A DNA stretch of 64,000 nucleotides from Vicinamibacterales bacterium (GTDB lineage Bacteria; Acidobacteriota; Vicinamibacteria; Vicinamibacterales; UBA823): assembly GCA_965197385.1 (NCBI GenBank), contig CBDANA010000009.1, positions 788,558-852,557 on the forward strand, read 5' to 3'. Made by a program: the position numbers and the translations under genes. Position 1 is the first letter of the stretch; every line of letters begins with the position of its first letter. The notes under the pieces are model-generated. The model saw only the letters and a list, made by a program, of their open reading frames with translations, was not told where the DNA came from and made no database searches. Positions 39,588-50,351 of the stretch are shown here, in pieces.

Positions 39588-40207
39588 GCGACCTCCTGCG
39601 CCCCTTCGTCCAGACGCCCCGCCGGTGGATCCGCCGCCTCTACGACTGGACGATGCACTGGGCCGACACACCGCAGAGCATCGTCGCGCTCTTCGCGATT
39701 GCCCTGGCCGAATCATCCGTATTTCCGATCCCCCCCGACGTCCTCCTCATTGCCATCGTCGCGTCGAACCCCCGTCGCTGGCTCCAGGCAGCCGGCGTCT
39801 GCGCCGCTGGGTCGGTCATAGGCGCCGCCGTCGGCTACCTCATCGGGTCGGCGTTCATGGTGACCGCCGGGCAGCCGATCATCGACGTCTACGGCGCCCA
39901 GGCGCACTGGGGGCGGGTCGTCGACATCTACACCGGCGTGTGGGGTCTGTGGTTTCTCGCGGGGGCGGCGTTCACGCCCATTCCGTTCAAGGTCGCGACC
40001 ATCGCGGCCGGTGCGACCGGCATGGCCTTCTGGCCCTTCCTGTTCGTGAGCTTCGCCGGGCGGTCGACGCGCTTTGGCATCGTCGCCGCCATTCTGCGCC
40101 TGTTCGGCCCTCCGATTCGCCGGGCGCTCGAGCGCCACTTCGACCTAGCCGCCCTCGCCTTCCTGGTACTGCTGCTCGGCGGCTTCCTCGTCCTCCGCAC
40201 ATTTTGA
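39584..40207 (+). CDS. yqaA: YqaA-family (DedA-related) membrane protein
   Basis: ALAESSVFPIPPDVLLIAI is the YqaA signature. There are 4-5 TM helices. Confidence 0.75.
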   Translation: MSDLLRPFVQTPRRWIRRLYDWTMHWADTPQSIVALFAIALAESSVFPIPPDVLLIAIVASNPRRWLQAAGVCAAGSVIGAAVGYLIGSAFMVTAGQPIIDVYGAQAHWGRVVDIYTGVWGLWFLAGAAFTPIPFKVATIAAGATGMAFWPFLFVSFAGRSTRFGIVAAILRLFGPPIRRALERHFDLAALAFLVLLLGGFLVLRTF

Positions 40208-40540
40208 TCACCGGACCGACTCGCCAAGCCAGGCGAGATACCCCTTGCTACCGCCCAGGATCGGCACCACGACGCATTCGGGCACCTCGTAGGGGTGAAG
40301 CTCGGTCAACCGCGCCTGCAGCTGCTCCAGGCATCGCGCGGCGGTCTTGATGATGAGCTGCCGCTCGGCGGCGTGCTCCACAACGCCTTCCCACTGGTAG
40401 ATCGACTGCATCGGCGTCTGCACGTTGACGCAGGCCGCCAGTCGCTCAGCCACGAGCGTTCGCGCCAGCCACTCAGCCTGATCCTCGTGGCCGTCGGCAG
40501 GCATGGTCGTCAGGACGATGACGTAGTTGTAATCGCTCAC
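40208..40540 (-). CDS. cutA: divalent-cation tolerance protein CutA
   Basis: 110 aa. Motifs ERLAACVNV..SIYQWEG, HPYEVPE. Confidence 0.85.
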   Translation of the reverse strand: MSDYNYVIVLTTMPADGHEDQAEWLARTLVAERLAACVNVQTPMQSIYQWEGVVEHAAERQLIIKTAARCLEQLQARLTELHPYEVPECVVVPILGGSKGYLAWLGESVR

Positions 40541-40633
40541 AGGACCTCCGTACGGTGTCTCGAGCGAGGACGGCCGACCCGCTGGCCTCCCCTATTCGGA
40601 CGAGGACATGGCGCCGAAACAGAAGGCAGACGC

Positions 40634-40999
40634 ATGCCGAAAATCGAGCTCCCGCGCGCTCCGCGCCGCAACGCCAGGCGAAAGCCGGCCCCGCCCAAGC
40701 GCCGTCGCACGCTTCGTCTGCTCCTCTCCTTCGTGACCCTTGTGCTGCTGGCCGACGCCGTCATCGGCGAGCGCGGGTTCCTCGAGACGCTTCGGGCTCG
40801 GCGTCACTCGACCGAGCTAGCGGCGTCGATCGCCGAGCGTCGACAGGAGAACGCGCGGCTCCGCGAGCAGGCCAGGCAGCTCCGCGAGGACCCGCGGGTC
40901 ATCGAGGCGATCGCCCGCCGCGAGCTGGGCCTCATCCGCCCGGGTGAGGTGCTCTTCATCATCAAGGACGTCGAGCCAAGATCCCGCCGCTTCGAGTAG
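40634..40999 (+). CDS. ftsB: septum formation initiator FtsB/DivIC family
   Basis: Single TM helix, a coiled coil (ERRQENARLREQARQLRED) and RVIEAIARRELGLIRPGEVLF. Confidence 0.75.
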   Translation: MPKIELPRAPRRNARRKPAPPKRRRTLRLLLSFVTLVLLADAVIGERGFLETLRARRHSTELAASIAERRQENARLREQARQLREDPRVIEAIARRELGLIRPGEVLFIIKDVEPRSRRFE

Positions 41000-41097
41000 T
41001 CCGTGACCGACACGCTTCGTTGACCCTCTGAAACCGGGCATGTTACCATGCCGTACTAGCCGTTGGCCTCGAGCGTGGCGGTGCGTGCGGACCTTGA

Positions 41098-41174
<77 letters not shown>

Positions 41175-41183
41175 TTTACAATC

Positions 41184-41219
41184 AACGGGTTACAAGGATT
41201 TGCCTTATAACCCGTTTTT
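41184..41219 (+). terminator. rho-independent terminator after the tRNA
   Basis: AACGGGTTA-loop-TAACCCGTT followed by TTT(TT). Confidence 0.7.
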
Positions 41220-41256
41220 GTTGGTACACCACTGGTACACCATCAAACCACGAACC

Positions 41257-42306
41257 TGAATCGTACCGGGTTTCTCGGAGACCGAATTCGTTGAATCAGG
41301 CCACCTCAGCCTGCTCATAGTACTGCGCCTCGAACTCTGCTGGTGGAATGTCCCCGAGCGGCCCCAACAGTCGTCGTGTGTTGAACCAGTCCACCCACGT
41401 CAAGGTGGCGAACTCCACGGCCTCGAGGGTGCGCCACGAGCCCTTCCGTCGAATCACCTCCGTCTTGTACAAGCCGATCACCGATTCGGCGAGGGCATTG
41501 TCATAGGCATCGCCTTGGCTGCCGACCGACGGCGCGATGCCGGCGTCCACGAGGCGATTCGTGTACCGCATCGAGAGATATTGCGACCCGGCATCACTGT
41601 GATGTACGAGGCCGGTGAGGGCGTCGCCCCGGCGGGCGTAGATCGCCTGCTCCAACGCATCCAGCACAAAGTCCGTGCGCATGGAGGCCGACACCCGCCA
41701 GCCCACAATGCGGCGCGCAAACACGTCGATGACGACCGCGACGTAGACAAAGCCGCCCCAGGTTGCGACGTACGTGAAATCGGAGACCCAGAGCTGATTC
41801 GGACGGGTGGCCACGAATCGGCGGTCAACGAGGTCCACCGGGCGACCGCCCTCACCTGCGGGGGTCGTGGTGACCCAGGCCCGGCCCCGGACGGCCCCGG
41901 CAAGGCCCATCGCGCGCATCAGGCGCGCCACGGTGCAGCGCGCCACGCGGACGCCGTCCCGCCGCAGCTGCTTCCAGACTTTCCGGGGGCCGTAGACCTG
42001 CTGGTGCGCGTCATAGACCCGCTGAATCTCGACGCGGAGCTGATCGTCGCGCTGCGCCCGTGCGGACCGGCGCGTCGGATGTGTCCGCTGGTGCCGATGG
42101 CGATGATACGTCGACGGGGCGATCGGCAGCACGGCGCAGATCGGCTCGACCCCGAACACGGCGCGATGGTCGGCGATGAACTGGACCATCGTGGCTACGT
42201 CCTCCGGCGGTCGAGCTCCGCCTGGGCGAAATACGCGAACGCTTTCCGCAGGATCTCATTCGCCCGCTTCAGCTCACGGACCTCGCGCTCCAGCTCCTTC
42301 AACCGC
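41257..42306 (-). mobile_element. IS3-family element, 5'-truncated
   Basis: orfB is intact, but only the last ~35 codons of orfA remain ([35 protein letters not shown]). No left IR is present. The right end is placed at TGAATCG... and is approximate. Confidence 0.75.
41296..42189 (-). CDS. IS3-family transposase OrfB (integrase core)
   Basis: Motifs PNQLWVSDFTYV, HHSDAGSQY and NALAESVIGLYKTE are the typical rve/DDE core. Confidence 0.9.
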   Translation of the reverse strand: MVQFIADHRAVFGVEPICAVLPIAPSTYHRHRHQRTHPTRRSARAQRDDQLRVEIQRVYDAHQQVYGPRKVWKQLRRDGVRVARCTVARLMRAMGLAGAVRGRAWVTTTPAGEGGRPVDLVDRRFVATRPNQLWVSDFTYVATWGGFVYVAVVIDVFARRIVGWRVSASMRTDFVLDALEQAIYARRGDALTGLVHHSDAGSQYLSMRYTNRLVDAGIAPSVGSQGDAYDNALAESVIGLYKTEVIRRKGSWRTLEAVEFATLTWVDWFNTRRLLGPLGDIPPAEFEAQYYEQAEVA

Positions 42307-42543
42307 ACGTGTCAGCGGCACGCTGGATCCTGGCACGACTCGCGCAGCGGAGCTGGTGATCTACGTTGCGAGAGCGAGGCCGATGCGACCGCGGCTAACA
42401 GCGATCAGCGCTCAGCTCGAGCCGCGCTTCATCGTGGAGCGCGTTCGGGCTGGTACTGGGAATGACACCGAGCTCCACGCGGCCCTGGCCGCGGCGGCAT
42501 CGCTTCCTCACACCGCCCGCAGCGCGATGATCTGGTCTACCGG

Positions 42544-43143
42544 GTGGCGCTGCGCCCTTCGGCGGCGTCAGGACCGAGTCTCTTTCGAATCGATCTCGGC
42601 GGGCTTCCGCGGTGGGCGGTCGCCTCGGTGCCTGCCGCCACCGCCGCTTGGCCTTCGGCGACCCTCTGCGCCGCCCCGCTCTCAGAGGACGAGCTGTTTG
42701 GCGACCGGAACCAGGCAGCGCCGATCAGGCTCGGAAGCCGAAGCCTGTTTGGAGATGGGCGGCACTCCCCCGAACGTGTGGCCACACCGGACGAGTTCAG
42801 GTGGACCGCTGCACCCGAAGCCGAATTACTGGTTCCCCTCGTGCGTTCCGGGCCGGTTCAGCTGCGGGTTCGTGCGAGGCCCGGTGCGCCAGCTGACGAA
42901 TCTGGGAGGACCCTCGCGGTGCGCGTGAACGAACATCAGCTGCCGGCTTTCCCGCTGCGTCGCCGAGTGTCGCAGTACGAGTGGATCATCCCGGCCGCCG
43001 CTCTGCGAGCTGGCGTCAACCAGATATTCCTCCAGTCGTCCCAGCTGACCGTGCCGGCGAGGGGGCGCGACAGTCGCGACGGGAGACGCTTGGGCGTCAG
43101 GGTCTCAGGCGTGACCCTGGAGCTGCTGAACGGCGCGCGATGA
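42544..43143 (+). pseudogene. probable 5'-truncated remnant of a larger gene (C-terminal domain only)
   Basis: Only the C-terminal ~130 aa look protein-like (PDEFRWTAAPEAELLVPL..LAVRVNEHQLPAFPL..YEWIIPAAALRAGVNQIFL). The upstream 240 nt is frame-broken and abuts the truncated IS3. Confidence 0.3.
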
Positions 43144-43156
43144 CTGATCTTCGTCT

Positions 43157-44371
43157 TTACCGGACCGCGGCCGCCCGGAGCGCCAGCTGCTCGTTGAGAC
43201 CACTTTCCGGGTGTCCGGGGTCCCAGTAGCGATGCGGCTGCCCCCGGCTGCCTTCCAGCGGCGGCGTGTCGTATGACCCACCACTCCAGTCCCCATGCGC
43301 CGCCACCACCATCCTGAGACTGGGAATCACGAACATCGCCTTGCGAAGATAGTTGCCAATGGCGGCAAACGTGTCGAGCGGTGCGTCCGGCCAATGCCGT
43401 CTGGTGGTCTTGCCAACCAGGCCGTTGAACCACCAGTGCAGGCCGTAGAGGCCTGGCCCAAACGGCATGTCGAACGTCACCGGGTTGCCCCAGGTGCCGA
43501 TCAACAAGTACTTCCCCGCTGCGGCCACGCTGAGCGGCATGGCGTTGGGCACGAGTGGGATCGCAGATCGCGTGAAGTAGCTGTCGGGTAGCAACGGCGC
43601 TTCCCTCCAGTGGCCCCGGTTCAACCAGAGCCAGCCCAGGCGTGCAAAGTCGCGCGGGCTGGTGACCAATGCCGTTTCCGCACGGCCGACCTGCATCGGA
43701 TCAGTCGTGCCGAACACCGGGCCATCCTCGAATTCGAGCGGTCCGAGGCGAGCCGGAGTGAGCGCTGCGTCGTTGAACGCCGTTTGAGGGGTCTCGGCAT
43801 CGAACACGCGCAGCAGCGTCCGCGCGTAAAGCTGAACCGCGTTGTCGTTGTACGCGTACGCCTCGCCTGGTCCTTCCACACGGTCGAACCCGCTGGTCAT
43901 GTTCGCCAGGTGACGGAAGGTGGTCGCGCGATCTTCCCCCTGGAGTCGCTCGGTGGGATCAGTCGACACAGCCCATTCCCAGTCGATGACAGGGTCGTCA
44001 AGACTGGACAGTGTCCCCTCCTTGAGCGCAAACAGGAGCATCGTGCTGAGCGCCGACTTGCCCGCAGAGGCCCAATCGACGCGCGCCGCTGGATCGCCCC
44101 AGGCCTTCACGACGTAGCCATCCTTGATGATCACGCCGGAGTCGTCAGGTGACGACCGGATCCGGGCAGCAAACCGATTGAGCATCGATCCGTCCAGACC
44201 CAGCTCGGCCGGCGCGTGTTCCGGCCAGGCCCTACCTGGAAACAGGACGGATGGGTCGCGACACGCCGCGCCGCCCGTCGCCCAGACTGCCAGCGCCGCG
44301 GTCAACCCGAACGCTACACGTCGATTCACCGACCGCCTACCGCCCGTTCGTTTCGAATCTAGCCCGGTCAT
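43157..44371 (-). CDS. serine hydrolase (beta-lactamase/transpeptidase-like fold), secreted
   Basis: Signal peptide, candidate SxxK motif (SAGKS), and a family-like N-terminal region. Confidence 0.55.
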   Translation of the reverse strand: MTGLDSKRTGGRRSVNRRVAFGLTAALAVWATGGAACRDPSVLFPGRAWPEHAPAELGLDGSMLNRFAARIRSSPDDSGVIIKDGYVVKAWGDPAARVDWASAGKSALSTMLLFALKEGTLSSLDDPVIDWEWAVSTDPTERLQGEDRATTFRHLANMTSGFDRVEGPGEAYAYNDNAVQLYARTLLRVFDAETPQTAFNDAALTPARLGPLEFEDGPVFGTTDPMQVGRAETALVTSPRDFARLGWLWLNRGHWREAPLLPDSYFTRSAIPLVPNAMPLSVAAAGKYLLIGTWGNPVTFDMPFGPGLYGLHWWFNGLVGKTTRRHWPDAPLDTFAAIGNYLRKAMFVIPSLRMVVAAHGDWSGGSYDTPPLEGSRGQPHRYWDPGHPESGLNEQLALRAAAVR

Positions 44372-44445
44372 GCGTTGCGGTGCTTCCTCACCCGGTCGTC
44401 CGAGTACACAGACTATAATTCCTCATCCCGTTACCCTTCCACACG

Positions 44446-45075
44446 GTGATACTCGAAGGCTGGACGTTCCTGCTTGTCGGCGTCGTCGTCGGGCTAGCCG
44501 GAGGCTTCTCGCCCGGCCCCCTCACGACGCTCGTCATCGTGCAGAGCCTTCGCTACGGCCTGCGCGAAGGACTGAAAGTCGCCATCGCGCCGGCCCTCAC
44601 CGATGCGTCGATCGCGGTCGCGGCCCTTCTGGCCGTCGGTCAACTGCGTGACGCCGCACCCGTGCTGGGCGCGATCGCGCTCGCCGGCGCCGCCTTTCTG
44701 GGCTACCTCGCGTACGAGAGCCTGACCACTCCGCCACCCGCGGCCGTCTCGACCGGTGAGCTCCCTGGGTCGCTTCGGAAGGGGATCCTGACCAACCTCG
44801 CAAACCCGAACCCCTACCTCTTCTGGTTCATGATCGGCGCCCCGACCGTGCTCGAGGCCTCCCGCCTCAATGGACTCTACGTGGTGCTGTTTCTCGTCGG
44901 GCTGTACACCTGTCTGATCGGCGCCAAGGTCCTCTTCGCGGCGCTGGCCGCTCGTGGACGCTCGTTTCTGGCCGGCGCAGCGTACCGCCGGACGCTCCGC
45001 GTTCTCGGCATCGCGCTACTGGTCTTCGCCCTGAAATTCGCCTTCGACGGACTGAGCTATCTGGGCCTGCGATGA
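44446..45075 (+). CDS. LysE/RhtB-family amino-acid exporter
   Basis: GFSPGPLTTLVI near the N-terminus, LTNLANPNPYLFW, and 6 TM helices. Confidence 0.8.
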   Translation: MILEGWTFLLVGVVVGLAGGFSPGPLTTLVIVQSLRYGLREGLKVAIAPALTDASIAVAALLAVGQLRDAAPVLGAIALAGAAFLGYLAYESLTTPPPAAVSTGELPGSLRKGILTNLANPNPYLFWFMIGAPTVLEASRLNGLYVVLFLVGLYTCLIGAKVLFAALAARGRSFLAGAAYRRTLRVLGIALLVFALKFAFDGLSYLGLR

Positions 45076-45226
45076 CGATGACGAGAAAGGCTCGTTCCGG
45101 ATGCCTCAGCAGCGTCGTTGTCCATTTGAACGCGGCTCCCGGATGGGCTAAGGCGTATTGACCCGTGACGGTTCGTCACGTAGACGCCAGACGCCGCGGC
45201 GGGACCTGACTGGAGTGGCTGTGACT

Positions 45227-45787
45227 ATGCGTAGACACGCGCGTGTGATTGCGCTGTTCGTCGGTTGCCTCCTGCTACTGATCACCAGGTCCGCCTCCAG
45301 TCAACCGCTGCCGATGACCTTTGCCGAGATGACCTCTGAGGCGAACCTGATCGTCCGTAGATACGTGGCCGACCAGCGCGCCGAGTGGATTACCGCAGAC
45401 GACGGTACGGGGATCGTGACCTTCGTCGTGTTCCGGATCGAGCGGACCCTGAAAGGCGACGCCGGCATCCAGAACCCGCTGGAATTCCTCGGCGACACCA
45501 TTGGCGACACGCGCATCGAGGTCTCCCACGTGCCGACGTTCGAGGTCGGCCACCGGGCCGTGTTGTTCTTGAACACCACACAGCGATTCATCAGTCCGGT
45601 CGTGGGGAGTGAACAGGGCCTGTTCCCAATCGTGGAACGCGCCGATGGCGACTTCGTGATCAGCCACAACGGTGCAGCCTTTTCTGCAGTCAGGCAACTC
45701 GGCGTGCCGCAAGCGGCGGAGGCGGGACCGCTGTCCCTCGCCGTCTTCGAGTCCGAGATCGTACGCGTCGTACACGAGCTGCGATGA
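45227..45787 (+). CDS. hypothetical secreted protein
   Basis: Signal peptide MRRHARVIALFVGCLLLLITRSASS. No family recognised. The start is moved to the signal peptide within track ORF 45158..45787. Confidence 0.4.
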   Translation: MRRHARVIALFVGCLLLLITRSASSQPLPMTFAEMTSEANLIVRRYVADQRAEWITADDGTGIVTFVVFRIERTLKGDAGIQNPLEFLGDTIGDTRIEVSHVPTFEVGHRAVLFLNTTQRFISPVVGSEQGLFPIVERADGDFVISHNGAAFSAVRQLGVPQAAEAGPLSLAVFESEIVRVVHELR

Positions 45788-45926
45788 CCTGGAGGATCTG
45801 GATCCTCGCAGTCGTACTCGTCACCGCCGTGACCGGCGCGACGTATTCCGTCTACGCGTTCACGTTCACCGGGGCCCGCTGGCCGAATGGCAAGGCACCT
45901 ACATGCTGACGCTCGCCGTCAGCTAG
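45784..45926 (+). pseudogene. N-terminal fragment of a secreted protein, cut at the CTAG junction
   Basis: ATG overlaps the upstream TGA. MTWRIWILAVVLVTAVTGATYSVYAFTFTGARWPNG..., then a frame slip, and the reading frame ends in the CTAG at 45923-45926. Confidence 0.35.
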
Positions 45927-46451
45927 CAGGACGACGGACACGTCGTGCCGGCTCGAGAAGCCGATCTCGCTGTCGAGACGCTCGAGGAGATGCTTCCGGT
46001 TGAACGCTCCGGTCAGCTCGTCACGCACCGCCGCCTGGTACATCAGACGCTGAAATTCCCCGTCGACGTCGTCATGGAAGCCGAACTTGAGCACGGTCGC
46101 CGGGCCGAGCTGGAGCCGGTCGCCGTCGAACAACTGGGCGTTGGTGACCGACGTGCCGTTGAGGTACGTCCCGTTGGTCGACCCGAGATCCTGGACGAAG
46201 AACCGATCGCCCCGCTTCTCGAATCGCGCGTGATCGCGAGACACCTCCTTGTCGGTGACGCTCACCCGGACACCCGGGGCACGGCCGACGACGTCGTCGC
46301 CCTGCAGCTTGTACATCTTACCGACGTTCGGGCCGGCCATGACGATGACGTATGCCGCATATTTTCGCGTCCCACGGGCCAACTCCTCGATCAGCTGGCG
46401 ATTGCCGATGATCGTCTTGTCAGGCGAGGTGTCGTCGTCGTCCTCAGGCAC
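45852..46451 (-). pseudogene. FHA-domain diguanylate cyclase, 3'-truncated
   Basis: FHA domain (GRAPGVRVSVTDKEVSRDHARF..LGSTNGTYLNG), then the start of GGDEF (DELTGAFNRKHLLERLDSE...HDVSVVLL). This stops exactly at CTAG 45923-45926; the remaining 24 codons are unrelated. Confidence 0.7.
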
Positions 46452-46510
46452 GAGTTGAATAGTACACCGCGGCGGGCTCCGCGCATAGCGCTCCGCGCGG
46501 GCTGCTAGAC

Positions 46511-48037
46511 TCAGCCCAGGCGCCGCCAGCGGCGGCCGTCCTTAGCCAGGAGTACGTCGGCGTCTGCCGGGCCCTGGGACCCGGCCGCGTAGTTCGGGAA
46601 GTCGCGGGCTGGCAGCGCCCCCCACACATCGAGAATCGGCGTCACGATGCGCCACCCCGCCTCGACGTTGTCCGCTCGCTGAAACAGTGTGGCGTCCCCC
46701 TTCATCGCGTCGTAGAGCAGCGTCTCGTAGCCGGTGGATCGACGAGAGCCGAAATAGTCGGCGTAGCTGAAGTCCATGTCGACGCCGCCGATCTGGAGGA
46801 CCGCCGACGGCACCTTCGCACCAAAATGCAACGAGATCGCCTCGTCGGGCTGAATCCGCATGACCAGGCGGTTCGGGGCCAGCTGGTCCACGGCGGTCTT
46901 CCGGAACATCATGAACGGTGCCTGCTTGAACTGGATAGCCACCTCGGTTACTCGCGCCGCGAGGCGCTTGCCGGTGCGCAGGTAGAACGGCACGCCGGCC
47001 CAGCGCCAGTTGTCCACCATCAGCTTCAAGGCGACGTAGGTGTCGGTGTTCGATTCGGGATCGACCTGGGTCTCCTCGCGGTACCCGACGACCTGCGCCC
47101 CGTTGGCCCCCGTGCCCCGTCCGTACTGCCCACGCACCGTCTGCGTGAGGACCTCCTCTGGCCCGATCGGCTGCAGCGCCTCGATCACCTTGCCTTTCTC
47201 GTCGCGCACCGCCTCCGCCTCGAACGACGAGGGCGGCTCCATGGCCGTCAACGCCAGCAGCTGGAACAGGTGGTTCGGCACCATGTCGCGCAGGGCGCCC
47301 GCCCCCTCGTAGTAGCGGCCCCGACCCTCCACGCCGAGCTGCTCCGCCACGGTGATCTGCACGTGATCGACATAGCGCCGGTTCCAGATCGGCTCAAAAA
47401 TGCCGTTGGCGAAGCGAAAGACGAGGATGTTCTGGACGGTGTCTTTCCCCAGATAGTGGTCAATCCGGTAGATCTGCTGTTCCTGCAGGACGCCGCGCAG
47501 CGCGCCGTTCAGGGCCCGCGCCGATGCGAGATCCTGTCCGAACGGCTTCTCGATGACGACCCGCCGCCATCCCGAATCCGACTCGCTCGCCAAACCGGCC
47601 GCGCCGAGGCCGGTGACGATCGACGCGAAAAACGTCGGCGGCGTGGCGAGATAGAACAGCCGATTGCCACCTGTTTTGCGCTCCGCGTCGATGCCGTCGA
47701 GCCGCTGCGCCAGGCGCGTCAAAGCCTCCATGTGCCCCAGCTTGCCCTGGACGTAGTGCGCCCTGGCCGCCAGCCACTCCCACAGGTCGCTATCGAGGTC
47801 GCCGTCGATGTGCTGCGCGACCTGCCCGCGCAGGTGCGTCCGGAACGCCTCGTCGTCGTAGTCCCGTCCACCGAACCCGACGATGGCGAATGCATCCGAC
47901 AGCAGCTTGTACCGCGCCAGGTGGTAGAGGGCCGGCACCAGCTTCCGCATCGTCAGATCACCGCCGGCGCCGAAGATCACCATCGTATTCGGTCCGGCCG
48001 GCGTCGCGTCGCGTTCGCGTGCAGTCTCAGTCGCCAT
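46511..48037 (-). CDS. zwf: glucose-6-phosphate dehydrogenase
   Basis: Motifs [28 protein letters not shown]. Confidence 0.9.
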   Translation of the reverse strand: MATETARERDATPAGPNTMVIFGAGGDLTMRKLVPALYHLARYKLLSDAFAIVGFGGRDYDDEAFRTHLRGQVAQHIDGDLDSDLWEWLAARAHYVQGKLGHMEALTRLAQRLDGIDAERKTGGNRLFYLATPPTFFASIVTGLGAAGLASESDSGWRRVVIEKPFGQDLASARALNGALRGVLQEQQIYRIDHYLGKDTVQNILVFRFANGIFEPIWNRRYVDHVQITVAEQLGVEGRGRYYEGAGALRDMVPNHLFQLLALTAMEPPSSFEAEAVRDEKGKVIEALQPIGPEEVLTQTVRGQYGRGTGANGAQVVGYREETQVDPESNTDTYVALKLMVDNWRWAGVPFYLRTGKRLAARVTEVAIQFKQAPFMMFRKTAVDQLAPNRLVMRIQPDEAISLHFGAKVPSAVLQIGGVDMDFSYADYFGSRRSTGYETLLYDAMKGDATLFQRADNVEAGWRIVTPILDVWGALPARDFPNYAAGSQGPADADVLLAKDGRRWRRLG

Positions 48038-48042
48038 GGGTC

Positions 48043-49032
48043 CTACTTCTTGGCCCCGCCGTCCGGCTCGACGTGGCCGCCGAATTTCTCGCGCATCGCC
48101 GACAGCACCTTCTCGGCGAACGTATGGTCCTGCCGGGAGCGAAACCGCGCGTAGAGCGCCGCCGAGAGGACGTCGGCCGGCACCGCCTCCTCGACCGCCG
48201 TCATCACCGTCCAGCGGCCTTCACCCGAATCCTGTACCACGCCCTCGTAGCGGTCCAGCGCCGGGTCCTCGACGAGCGCCGCCGCCGTCAAGTCGAGCAA
48301 CCAGGATGACACGACGCTGCCCCGGCGCCACACCTCGGCAACGTCGGCCAGATTCAAGTCGTAGCGTAGCTCGGCCGGCCGGTCCGACGCCCCGGCGCTG
48401 CGCATGATGTCGAACCCCTCCGCATACGCCTGCATGAGGCCGTACTCGATGCCGTTGTGCACCATCTTCACGAAGTGGCCGGCCCCGACCGGACCGCAGT
48501 GCACGTAGCCCTGCTCGGCCGTGCCGGCCAGCGCCTCGCGGCCCGGCGTCCGGGCGATGTCGCCGCGCCCCGGCGACAAGGTCTTGAAGATCGGATCGAG
48601 CCGCTCGACCGATTCGACGTCGCCGCCGATCATCATTGAGTAGCCACGCTCGAGGCCCCAGACGCCTCCACTGGTGCCGACGTCGACGTACTTCACGCCC
48701 TGCTTCGACAGATCGCCGGCTCGCCGCACGTCATCCTTGAAATAGCTGTTCCCGCCGTCAATGACCACGTCACCCGACTGCAGAGCACCACCCAGCGCAG
48801 CGACTGTGCGATCGGTGATCTCGCCCGCCGGCACCATCACCCAGACAGCGCGTGGGGGCTGTAGCCGCTTCATCAGATCCTCTATCGACTGAGCGCCGGT
48901 CGCCCCCTCGCCGGCCATGCCTTCGACCGCTCGCGAATCGATGTCGAAGACGACGCACTCGTGGCCGCCGGCCATGAGCCGCCGGACCATGTTCGACCCC
49001 ATCCGTCCCAATCCGACCATGCCTAGCTGCAT
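48043..49032 (-). CDS. gnd: 6-phosphogluconate dehydrogenase (decarboxylating, short form)
   Basis: Motifs [40 protein letters not shown]. Confidence 0.85.
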   Translation of the reverse strand: MQLGMVGLGRMGSNMVRRLMAGGHECVVFDIDSRAVEGMAGEGATGAQSIEDLMKRLQPPRAVWVMVPAGEITDRTVAALGGALQSGDVVIDGGNSYFKDDVRRAGDLSKQGVKYVDVGTSGGVWGLERGYSMMIGGDVESVERLDPIFKTLSPGRGDIARTPGREALAGTAEQGYVHCGPVGAGHFVKMVHNGIEYGLMQAYAEGFDIMRSAGASDRPAELRYDLNLADVAEVWRRGSVVSSWLLDLTAAALVEDPALDRYEGVVQDSGEGRWTVMTAVEEAVPADVLSAALYARFRSRQDHTFAEKVLSAMREKFGGHVEPDGGAKK

Positions 49033-49048
49033 CTCGACTCCCGAGAAA

Positions 49049-50351
49049 CTAGCAGGCTGCTGAAGAACCCGGGTATCGGGCTGTTTTCTTAAGCATCATG
49101 CGGGTAACGACCGCCCGACGACCGTGCGCACGGGTGTGCGCTGACCCCGATGAGGGGGCCGGCGACACGCGCGGCCGGCGAGCAGGGACACGTCGCCTCC
49201 AGATTCCGCAGGCGGACCAAGTTATAGGCCGTGGCGGCGAAAGTGAGCTGCCACTCGACGAGTGGGACGCCGCGAGGCCGGAGCTTGCGCAAACCACCGA
49301 CGGTCTGCCTCCACCCAAAGACCTGTTCCACGAGTTTTCGTTTCCGCTGACTCACGTGAGAACCCGCATGCCGGGTGGGCCGACCATCAATCGCCCGCCA
49401 GCGGACCTTCTGCGCCACGTGGGGCGTGACGTCCCGGACGCGGACATCGGCGACGAAGCTCGCCACATCGTAGCCCTTGTCTGCTCCGACCGTGCTGCCC
49501 GGCGGCGCGCTGGCCTCCAGCAACAGTGCCGCCGCCTCGCGTTCGGCGGTCCCCGTCGCGTGGGTCGCACAGACGTTGGCGACGAGCCCCTGCCGATTAT
49601 CCAACAGCACGTGGCCCAGAGACGCCAGCTTCGCCTCCTTCCCTTGGCCCTTCCGATGCAGCATCGCCGCCGGATCAGTCGTCGACTGGTGCGTGTCGTT
49701 GCGCCGCCGCTCGCCGTGGAAGTCGACCGTGGGATTCCCGGGGTCATCGGGGGGCGCGCGCGGCGCGGCGTCCCGGCATCGGAAGCTCTTCAGGCTGGCC
49801 CAGGCTTCCAACTGCGTCCCGTCCACCGTGAAATGCTCGTCCGAGAGCAGACCGGCCGCCCGGGCGTGGGCCTGGACCGCATCAACGAAGGCGGCCGCGC
49901 CATCCCCCGCCAGCAGCCGGTCACGATTCTTGGTAAACGTCGTGGGATGCCAGACCGGGTCGTCCATATGCAAGCCGACGAACCAGCGGAACAGCAGGTT
50001 GTCGTTGAGCTCTTCCAGCAGCAGCCGTTCGCTCCGGATCGTGTACAGCACCTGCAGCAACAGGGCCCGCAACAATGGCTCAGGCGGGATCGACGGACGT
50101 CCCGTCTTGGCGTACAGGCCGGCGAACCTGCGCGACATCGTCTTCAGCGCGTGATCCGTCAGCGCGCGGACCGCGCGGAGCGGAGGATCGGCCGGCACGC
50201 GCTGTTCCGGCGACCGGTAACTGAACATGTGATGGGTCTGCTCATCGTGTCCGCGCATGAGGTGGCTCCCTTCAGCAATATTGGGAGCATGGGAGTACGC
50301 CGGGATCGATCTGTCGATCCCATTCCATGGACTTTTTCAGCAGCCTGCTAG
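49049..50351 (-). mobile_element. IS5-family insertion sequence, copy 2 (inverted relative to copy 1)
   Basis: Same 1.3-kb element with CTAG at both ends. I saw only two differences from copy 1: one in the IR (GCTGCTG vs GCTACTG) and one His/Tyr codon. Confidence 0.9.
49089..50258 (-). CDS. IS5-family DDE transposase
   Basis: 389 aa, identical to 24057..25226 except ...GGRYPHDA vs ...GGRHPHDA. Confidence 0.9.
   Translation of the reverse strand: MRGHDEQTHHMFSYRSPEQRVPADPPLRAVRALTDHALKTMSRRFAGLYAKTGRPSIPPEPLLRALLLQVLYTIRSERLLLEELNDNLLFRWFVGLHMDDPVWHPTTFTKNRDRLLAGDGAAAFVDAVQAHARAAGLLSDEHFTVDGTQLEAWASLKSFRCRDAAPRAPPDDPGNPTVDFHGERRRNDTHQSTTDPAAMLHRKGQGKEAKLASLGHVLLDNRQGLVANVCATHATGTAEREAAALLLEASAPPGSTVGADKGYDVASFVADVRVRDVTPHVAQKVRWRAIDGRPTRHAGSHVSQRKRKLVEQVFGWRQTVGGLRKLRPRGVPLVEWQLTFAATAYNLVRLRNLEATCPCSPAARVAGPLIGVSAHPCARSSGGRYPHDA

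Noticed and set aside
46455-46508. A possible further degenerate repeat copy between zwf and the FHA gene (…GCTCCGCGCGGGCTGCTAG).
   Set aside because: Only the last ~13 nt match the family's right terminus, and the rest forms direct rather than inverted repeats. That is not enough to call.
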